Below are positions 57,138-64,000 of a stretch of DNA of 64,000 nt, one piece after another. The notes under the pieces were generated by a model. That model saw only the letters and a program-made list of their open reading frames with translations, was not told the origin of the DNA and did no database searches. A program made the translations under genes and the position numbers. Numbering within the stretch: the first letter of the stretch is position 1; each line of letters starts with the position of its first letter. Origin of the DNA: a virus. Location: IMG/VR virus record IMGVR_UViG_3300027631_000002, positions 32,001 to 96,000 of that record. One strand, given 5' to 3'.

Positions 57138-57338
57138 ATGAGGGCAGAAAACGTATTTGAAAGAATTACAAATGGTATATTATATAACCGTAATTTAAAA
57201 GTTTATACAAAAGATTATTTAGAAGGAATTGTAAGAGAACTTGAGCAACAAGAGCAGTTTGAGAAATGTATAAAATTAAATGAATTTATAAGTAAGAGAT
57301 TTAATCACGAGTTAAATTACAAAAACCCTATTATATAG
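57138..57338 (+). CDS. small protein with UVR-like helical hairpin
   Basis: LEQQEQFEKCIKL. Confidence 0.5.
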   Translation: MRAENVFERITNGILYNRNLKVYTKDYLEGIVRELEQQEQFEKCIKLNEFISKRFNHELNYKNPII

Positions 57339-58458
57339 GGTTTTTGTAATTACTCTTTATCTTGTTTGCCAGTTCCTTTGACTTAGTTATATTACCATGT
57401 TCTGTACCAGGTATGATAATTGACGTTGCTTTACCTGTAGTACATTCAGTAACTTCTTTTTCAATTGATGCTATATCTTCTTTCGGCTTAGCTTTGCCCT
57501 CTTTATTACCAGCCAGTAAAGAAATTACTTCAACACCTTCCAATTTAGGTAATCTTCCTTTACCTGTTTTTTTTGTGCCGTCCATTTTTAGTTCAGAGAT
57601 CTCTATTGGTGTTGTTTCCCTACCCAGTCCAAGCTTCTTTAATGTGTCTTGTTCAACAAAATTTATAAGATTGATAACATCACCTTCTTTAAACGTCATA
57701 CTTTCTACTTCTTTTGGCATAACACTATATCTTTCTTTGAAGTTAGTAGTGTCATACTTATCTTCAATTATATAAACTTCATCTGGAGTTTTCTCATTTA
57801 TAACTTTGGCCGCTGCATCTAATTTAGTATTATCTGGTGGAAAATCTTTACCCAAATATTCTATATAGTTTCCTTTATTTGCTTTTCTGAAATCAACCAA
57901 CTCTTTTTCTGTGTATATTCTTTTAATGGATTTTTCTTCTTCTTCCGTGGAATTTACACCCAATCTAGCTTTACTAATCACTCCCATCGGAGTTGCCATA
58001 GCTGCTCTTGGTGTATTACCTTTAACTATACCTATTGCAAACTCTTCTGTGGAATCAGGGATACCGCTATCTATAAAGAATAATTGGTTATTGAACTTTT
58101 TTGATCCCGACAAAGCACTTGCTAAGTGCCAAGCAATTGCACCACCTATAGAGAATCCACCTACTGCGCACGTCTTAATATTGGGATCAGCCTCTATCTC
58201 CTTTGCAATTTTGTTGGCATAGTCTCTCACATTAAACTCATTGATAAAATTTGCAGTATATACGGAGAAATCATTACCAGGATCGTCAGCCAATGCTTGG
58301 AAATCATCATCACCTTGACCACCATCTTTACCTGCTCCTGGTAGTAGTATAAGTGTTTTATTTCCTTCATTAGAAAGTTGGTAAAGAATACCTTTAGTTT
58401 CTTCTTTATTTTCCTCTTTACTTTCTAAAAAAGATTCATAAGGTTTTAAATATCTCAT
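57331..58458 (-). CDS. alpha/beta hydrolase (thioesterase-like), tagged
   Basis: LLPGAG, GGFSIGG nucleophile elbow, FIDS, PGTEHG; MRYLKPYESFLES. Confidence 0.78.
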   Translation of the reverse strand: MRYLKPYESFLESKEENKEETKGILYQLSNEGNKTLILLPGAGKDGGQGDDDFQALADDPGNDFSVYTANFINEFNVRDYANKIAKEIEADPNIKTCAVGGFSIGGAIAWHLASALSGSKKFNNQLFFIDSGIPDSTEEFAIGIVKGNTPRAAMATPMGVISKARLGVNSTEEEEKSIKRIYTEKELVDFRKANKGNYIEYLGKDFPPDNTKLDAAAKVINEKTPDEVYIIEDKYDTTNFKERYSVMPKEVESMTFKEGDVINLINFVEQDTLKKLGLGRETTPIEISELKMDGTKKTGKGRLPKLEGVEVISLLAGNKEGKAKPKEDIASIEKEVTECTTGKATSIIIPGTEHGNITKSKELANKIKSNYKNPI

Positions 58459-58715
58459 AATTTCTGTAATCTTATTTTTAAGTCTCCAGTTCCTTTTATA
58501 ACTCTGTGATAAATTCCCATTGGTATAAAAACTTCACCTTGAATAACTTTTGGTAATTCATCATCTAATTGTATTTGCCAATCTGTTTCTCCAATAGATT
58601 CAATTATTCTATCTTCTCTATCACGATGCCAAACGTAATCTCCAGAGTCAGTATCTTGTTTAAACTCTCTGATAAATACATTATCGGATACTATTTCTTC
58701 TTTAAACGGTAACAT
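58455..58715 (-). CDS. small cupin-like protein
   Basis: WHRDRE..FIPMGIYHRVIKG. Confidence 0.65.
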   Translation of the reverse strand: MLPFKEEIVSDNVFIREFKQDTDSGDYVWHRDREDRIIESIGETDWQIQLDDELPKVIQGEVFIPMGIYHRVIKGTGDLKIRLQKL

Positions 58716-59107
58716 TAGCTTACTATTTCTTTATATCTTTCTTTGAATTTATCAATTTTGTCTAACCAATTATCTTTCACATCACAATCTTTCACATAGT
58801 TTTTAACTCTTGGTTCAATATATAATAAAAGTTCTCTTATCTGACCTATAAATGTAGATAACATTTTAGGATTATTATATAATAAACTAAGATTATCAAT
58901 TAGTTCAGCATATGTTTTTCCATTTATAAGAGGCTCTCTAAGTCTTTTCATCATAGAACTCAATTCATCAGTTGCGGTTTGATCAACACCCATTTTAGTT
59001 ATTTGTGAAAATCCCATTGTTATCAACATACCAAAATCAAACAAAAAATCATTGATAAACTTTTTGTTAGCAGATTCAAATATTTTATATTCTTTTAAAT
59101 ATCTCAT
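58715..59107 (-). CDS. tagged hypothetical protein
   Basis: MRYLKEYKIFES. Confidence 0.72.
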   Translation of the reverse strand: MRYLKEYKIFESANKKFINDFLFDFGMLITMGFSQITKMGVDQTATDELSSMMKRLREPLINGKTYAELIDNLSLLYNNPKMLSTFIGQIRELLLYIEPRVKNYVKDCDVKDNWLDKIDKFKERYKEIVS

Positions 59108-59139
59108 ATTATTTATTTTCTTTTATCATAAAGAATTCA

Positions 59140-59715
59140 TTACCAAAAGCCTGGATAAGACTTTCCAAAAATATGAGAATATTTGTTAATCCGACACGCC
59201 CAGTACCCCGCTGTAGTTTTATCTTTTTTCAAATGGCATTTATGTCTTGCTGCAAATGATTTTCTTGCTTTAGGATCACTTACTTTGGCAGTTAAACCAC
59301 CATGAACATCACCAAATGAAATCTTTTTAACATTACCAGTTTTAGGATTTTTAACAAAAACGTGATATTTCTTAGCACCACCTCTCATAGGTTTATTTAA
59401 CTCTACTTCTTTACCTTGGTATTCTGCTTCATTTAATTCATGTATAGTCTCCATTGGTAAATCTAAAGGAACTGAAACTCCTTCATACTCAGCAAATCTA
59501 CCTATATCAGTTGATTCAAATAATTCAGTATCTAAGTCTGATAATTCAATTTGATTGTTATCAAATAATTGTCTTGCTTCTTTGATTAGATTAAAGTATT
59601 GATTAGAACCAGGTCTAAACACATTTTCAACAATAGGTTTATTATTATCAATGTGGTATTGTAGATTTTCTGATATTCTACCAGAAAAAGATTCAAATAG
59701 TTTTAAGTATTTCAT
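59140..59715 (-). CDS. tagged protein with basic C-terminal domain typical of T4-like phages
   Basis: MKYLKLFESF; KISFG..ARKSFAARHKC..AGYWAC. Confidence 0.72.
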   Translation of the reverse strand: MKYLKLFESFSGRISENLQYHIDNNKPIVENVFRPGSNQYFNLIKEARQLFDNNQIELSDLDTELFESTDIGRFAEYEGVSVPLDLPMETIHELNEAEYQGKEVELNKPMRGGAKKYHVFVKNPKTGNVKKISFGDVHGGLTAKVSDPKARKSFAARHKCHLKKDKTTAGYWACRINKYSHIFGKSYPGFW

Positions 59716-59716
59716 A

Positions 59717-60091
59717 TTATTTAAACATTTTTTTAAATTTTTCAGGTGCATTGTCTAATTCTAAAACTCTTGCATTTATAGTTTTGATACCATTTTTAAG
59801 ACATTTTGCTACTCTATGTTGACCATCTAGAACCATTGTAAACTTACCATTTCTTCTAGAAACTAGTATTGGAAATTCTAAATCTGCACTATCTACTCTA
59901 TTTGGATCCCTCTCAACATCTATAATAATATCTTTAAGTAATTCTGTTTCTAGTTCTTCAACTGGTATTCCTTTTTCATCTAGGTATTCAATAACATCAG
60001 TTATTGTTATTTTGTTTCCATCGTTATCTGCCCAAGAGGTATTCAGACCAGTATCAGATGTAAAATCCTCAAATATCTTTAGGTATTTCAT
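59717..60091 (-). CDS. ParB/Srx-like protein, tagged
   Basis: MKYLKIFEDF; FPILV..VLDGQHRVAK. Confidence 0.72.
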   Translation of the reverse strand: MKYLKIFEDFTSDTGLNTSWADNDGNKITITDVIEYLDEKGIPVEELETELLKDIIIDVERDPNRVDSADLEFPILVSRRNGKFTMVLDGQHRVAKCLKNGIKTINARVLELDNAPEKFKKMFK

Positions 60092-60169
60092 TTTAGTAAA
60101 ATAATTTTTATTATATATTAAATATCAAGAACTCAAAATTTAATATATAATCAAAACTTAATAAACTTA

Positions 60170-63100
60170 ATGTCAAGTCACGAAAACTTATATTTCTTTA
60201 ATAAACAGGGAGATGCTCTAAACTTCAGATATGATGAAACAACTCAATTATTTCAAGGAGATATTCTTTTTGATGAGAATTCAACAGATACTTTTAAAAC
60301 ATATGCTCTTTATACATTGGAGAGAATACCATCATTTGAATTTGAGTCACCAGGTGAATTAGGAACTAATAAATTTCAGTTATTTAATGAGTATGGATTT
60401 CATTTTTATGGATGTACAAACTCATTAAACAAACAGATAACTAAGATAGAGCCAGTAAATAATGATCCTGACTTCTATTCTAAATGGATATATGGTAGTA
60501 ACTTTGAATCAACATTTCCAGTAGGAACTTTGATTATATTTAATCAAACATTATTAGAATTTACTAATCCAGATCAAACATTTGTTGTTGTTGGTACAAA
60601 AAAGGGAGCAATTTTAATTATATCAACAGTTGATAACTCTACCTTTGAAAGTAATTATTATGGAGATTATTCTAATACTAATCTATATGTTGGTAAAACA
60701 ATATCTGGTATAAATGCAGTTGGTATTTATAACTATATTGATACAAATTATGTAAATAACTTATCAGTTTGGAATGAACAAAACTTTTATGATAAAGTTT
60801 ATAGAGGTAAAAAGTTAAATGTAGTAAATAGTAATATAAATGATGGTATTTATACTATAAAGGGTCCAGAGATAACAGATATTATACACTTTGAATATTT
60901 AACTAGTCCTGCTTTACTACCGACAAACTCTGATTTAATTATTGAGGTTGTTTTAGGAACAGATTTGCCAAAGTTATATGATGGTGGTTTAGAAATAACA
61001 GCAGATAGTAAAATATTAGTAACTAACTATATATACTATCCAACTATGTTAAAGTCTAGACAAGAATTTAAGGTAGTTGGTTCTGTAACAAATGAAAACT
61101 TCTTTACAACTGCAGATACTTATGACTTTACTTCAAATAATAATATAAAGTTTTATAATTTAGATGATCAAGTTACTTTTGATGGTAAACTATATCAGTG
61201 TGTTCAAGCTTATACTCATAGTCACGCGGATGAGACAACTAGGTTTATAAATCCTTCTAATGATAATACTCACTGGTCAAATCCAACATTTATTAGAGTA
61301 AATGAATCGACAGTGAATGAATCATTATTATTTGCACAGATATATCTAACAAAAGAAAAGTACTACTACGATTATGGTTTTACTCAATCTAGTTATGTAA
61401 CAATGGCTGCCGCGGCAGAGAAATATAAAACTGATTTAGATATATTTAATGTTGATCTTTATTATGATAAGGGTTATTTAAAGGCAGATTTAGTTTATCC
61501 AAGTAGATATGCGGTTGTTAATTTCTATCATACACAGGTTGGACCAACATACTCGATAGGAAGTGAATATAGGTCATTTGAGAGACTTATTGAGGTAAAT
61601 GAGACTCTTAAACCTGAATTTAATTATGATTACTCAGAGAACTTTAAATACAATATAGTTTTTACTGATTTAGATGAGTATGGTTTAAAGATAATTATAA
61701 ACAAAATGGTTTATGAAGAGCAAATATCTTATGTTTATACTGGAATTGGTTTAGACTTACCAAGAACAATTGATAGAACTCTTAGAAATTGGATAACGAG
61801 AAATTATATTAGTTTATATAAACTTGGTATCAACGCTGAGTTGGACTATACATATGTTGCAGGTGGACCTATTAGCTCAGTATTTTTTAATTCAATAGTT
61901 ATTAAAACTGAATATCCTAATGTACCAATTGATGTTAGTTCTGTATTAGTTGGAACTACTGCGAATTATTTTATTGAACATTCAAGAGTACTTTTTAATG
62001 ATTTGGGACCTTCTTTAAATATAAAGATAAATAATAAAGATAATATCATCCAAACATCAAACTTTTATGTATTAGATATAAATGCTAATTTACTACCACT
62101 TAATAGTGAAATTATTGGTGCAACTGCAGGGACATACAGTACAATATTTAGTACCGGTGATACTGCAAATATATCTGTTGGTGTTGATGGAAAGGTATCA
62201 TCAATTGTACTTTCATCAGTTGGTAATATTGGTTATTCAATAGGTGCAACATTTAGTTTAGAATTTGGTAATAGTAGTGGTACATCATCTATTATATTTG
62301 AGGTTGACGACAGAGATTTACAAAGAAAAGCTGACATTCCTAAAACTTTAAAAAGTTGGTGTGATTTGTATTCAAATGATTTAAAAGAGTATGGATTTCT
62401 TATTACTAATATAAATAGTGTTTTAAAGTTTGATATTAAACAAACTGATGTTGCATTTGATTATACTATTACAACAGGTAAAGTAAATCTACCTGGTTTA
62501 AATGATTATAAAATAACAAAAAAGATAAAAGGTAATCAAGGCACTTTAGTTGCTTCTAATGAAGTTATTTTATCCGCATCATCATCATTATCATTTGAAC
62601 AGGAAGGATTCGCCACTGGTATGGTATTTTCACTTAATAATACATACTGGCCTTGGATGAATCAAGAGTTTGCTATTGAGTTCTTAGATCCACATGTATT
62701 AAATTTAAGTTATCAAGGTCCTTTCTGGGATTATAACAATATAATTTGTAATAAATCTCCATTTGTTACTATTGCATTTAATTTAGGATTTGGACAAACA
62801 GAATGTGATCCTATTAGTTCTACTGGTGGCGGTCAGTTTAATCAGTATCAGTTTAGTGATACACAATTTAATATAAACTTTTATCCTAATACTTATGCTG
62901 TTACTGAATATGAATCAACTACTAATTTAGTTGATATTAAGTATATACAACTATCAGAGACTATACTTTCTTTAGGTGATGATTTAGTTGTACATGACTC
63001 ATACAGTGGAACATATATTACGACAATTACTTTACCAGGTAATGTTACTAGTATTAAAATGGAATTTAACCCTATAAATAATTATATTTATTGTTTATCC

Positions 63101-64000
63101 TTAAATAAAGTTTATATTGTTGATCCATCTACAAATTATTTACTTACATCATTTTCTTTAGCTAATGATGTGGCAGACTTATTAGTAAATCCTGATAGTG
63201 GTGATGTTTATATTACTTATAGTAACTTATCCGAGGTACACATCTTTAAATCTACAACATTTAACTCAGTTCAAGATTATACCATTATTTCTACTTTTGG
63301 TAGTACTGGTAGAATGGCTTATAATGAATTTGAGAATGATATTTATGTTGTTACGGTTGATAATATTTTAAGAATTGATGGTAATGCAAGACAAATACAG
63401 GTAATCTATAATCTACCTGGAGTTATTGATTATATATTATATGAACCTGCAAATGAGTCTATGTTTGTTTACGATTCTACAAACCTGTATAAAATTGATA
63501 ATGGAATACTTGTATCTCTATCAATTACAACTCAGTTATTTAATGATATTATTTTTAATAATTTAACTGGTGATATGAATATATCAGACTCTTCTTTTGA
63601 AGTAGCAAAATTAGGATTAGATGGTAATATTTTAAAACAAACCGATATTGCAAACTATGGATATATGGCATTGAATCAATATGATGGTGCGATTTATATA
63701 TCATCACAAAGCGGAAACTCAGTGATTGTTATAGATTCGATAACACAACAGTTGGTTTACTCGAATTCACTTGCCGCACCAACAACAAAAATAATTTATA
63801 ACCCTGATAGAAAATCTATGTGGGTATTACAACCATCATTTAATCAAATAGTTGAAATAGAAGTAGGTCTGAATAACGATGGAACGATAGTGGTTGGTAC
63901 AGCAAGTTATATTAATGATAATGTATATGGTACTTTGGATCCTAATTTTGAGGAAAGAGATGATATGTGGTTAAAAACTAGAGATTATTTTAGAAGACCT
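60170..64000 (+). CDS. large virion structural protein (baseplate/fibre, YncE-like beta-propeller near the end), 3'-partial, missing from ORF track
   Basis: starts MSSHENLYFFNKQG after TAATATATA (60141-60149); same frame at the window end (DMWLKTRDYFRRP); not every codon checked by hand. Confidence 0.8.
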   Translation, partial: MSSHENLYFFNKQGDALNFRYDETTQLFQGDILFDENSTDTFKTYALYTLERIPSFEFESPGELGTNKFQLFNEYGFHFYGCTNSLNKQITKIEPVNNDPDFYSKWIYGSNFESTFPVGTLIIFNQTLLEFTNPDQTFVVVGTKKGAILIISTVDNSTFESNYYGDYSNTNLYVGKTISGINAVGIYNYIDTNYVNNLSVWNEQNFYDKVYRGKKLNVVNSNINDGIYTIKGPEITDIIHFEYLTSPALLPTNSDLIIEVVLGTDLPKLYDGGLEITADSKILVTNYIYYPTMLKSRQEFKVVGSVTNENFFTTADTYDFTSNNNIKFYNLDDQVTFDGKLYQCVQAYTHSHADETTRFINPSNDNTHWSNPTFIRVNESTVNESLLFAQIYLTKEKYYYDYGFTQSSYVTMAAAAEKYKTDLDIFNVDLYYDKGYLKADLVYPSRYAVVNFYHTQVGPTYSIGSEYRSFERLIEVNETLKPEFNYDYSENFKYNIVFTDLDEYGLKIIINKMVYEEQISYVYTGIGLDLPRTIDRTLRNWITRNYISLYKLGINAELDYTYVAGGPISSVFFNSIVIKTEYPNVPIDVSSVLVGTTANYFIEHSRVLFNDLGPSLNIKINNKDNIIQTSNFYVLDINANLLPLNSEIIGATAGTYSTIFSTGDTANISVGVDGKVSSIVLSSVGNIGYSIGATFSLEFGNSSGTSSIIFEVDDRDLQRKADIPKTLKSWCDLYSNDLKEYGFLITNINSVLKFDIKQTDVAFDYTITTGKVNLPGLNDYKITKKIKGNQGTLVASNEVILSASSSLSFEQEGFATGMVFSLNNTYWPWMNQEFAIEFLDPHVLNLSYQGPFWDYNNIICNKSPFVTIAFNLGFGQTECDPISSTGGGQFNQYQFSDTQFNINFYPNTYAVTEYESTTNLVDIKYIQLSETILSLGDDLVVHDSYSGTYITTITLPGNVTSIKMEFNPINNYIYCLSLNKVYIVDPSTNYLLTSFSLANDVADLLVNPDSGDVYITYSNLSEVHIFKSTTFNSVQDYTIISTFGSTGRMAYNEFENDIYVVTVDNILRIDGNARQIQVIYNLPGVIDYILYEPANESMFVYDSTNLYKIDNGILVSLSITTQLFNDIIFNNLTGDMNISDSSFEVAKLGLDGNILKQTDIANYGYMALNQYDGAIYISSQSGNSVIVIDSITQQLVYSNSLAAPTTKIIYNPDRKSMWVLQPSFNQIVEIEVGLNNDGTIVVGTASYINDNVYGTLDPNFEERDDMWLKTRDYFRRP

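Noticed and set aside
4275-59000. Short ORFs nested in longer genes (4275, 7118, 8391, 11999, 14823, 15279, 17631, 18734, 21345, 23647, 29070, 31517, 34529, 39070, 39869, 41457, 43155, 44625, 44785, 46032, 47752, 48232, 52907, 54105, 55638, 57362, 57911, 58126)
   Set aside because: They overlap well-supported genes on the opposite strand or in another frame, have shadow-like composition, and show no motifs or promoters
1-64000. Stop-codon recoding (TAG reassigned) suggested by the CUA element
   Set aside because: Long conserved genes are intact in the standard code, and TAG ends genes at sensible positions (topoisomerase 35486, convergent pair 33406/33408)
1-64000. Cellular or eukaryotic-virus origin
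   Set aside because: Housekeeping-like genes are interleaved with gp17, gp18, gp19, gp47 and gp52-like genes and bacterial promoters, which fits a jumbo phage; no rRNA or ribosomal operons

Overview
AT-rich 64-kb segment of a T4-like (myovirus) jumbo phage that most likely infects a Bacteroidota/Flavobacteriia host. The host call rests on many TAnnTTTG promoters (two with the full TTG-N19-TAnnTTTG form), A-rich non-SD leaders and Bacteroidota-type accessory genes. Long ORFs read in the standard code, and TAG acts as a stop. Core phage genes: large terminase with a divergent candidate small subunit, a very long tail sheath, tail tube, gp26/gp51-like baseplate proteins, gp47/Mre11 nuclease, topoisomerase II subunit, and a >1277-aa structural ORF running off the right end. 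Host-takeover genes: NusA, ClpP, ClpS, a Clp ATPase C-terminus, DHFR, CoaD, Nei, Dcm, a (p)ppGpp-hydrolase-like HD protein, a minimal LeuRS, an anticodon-domain-less AsnRS-like protein, RNA-repair-type HAD/NTase proteins and tRNA-Met(CAU). Main unexplained patterns: (1) about 15 unrelated small proteins share a C-terminal R[DE]xK[IL]xx[IL]L tail and mostly sit behind host-type promoters; (2) about 20 proteins carry an N-terminal capsid-targeting-like motif and mostly sit behind a TAATATATA promoter; (3) three paralogues end in Zn-hairpin rods of 14, 10 and 6 CxxC motifs; (4) an editing-less LeuRS lies near a promoter-equipped degenerate CUA tRNA-like RNA; (5) a small cassette-like island carries attC-like hairpins. 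All family calls come from motif recognition; no database search was run.
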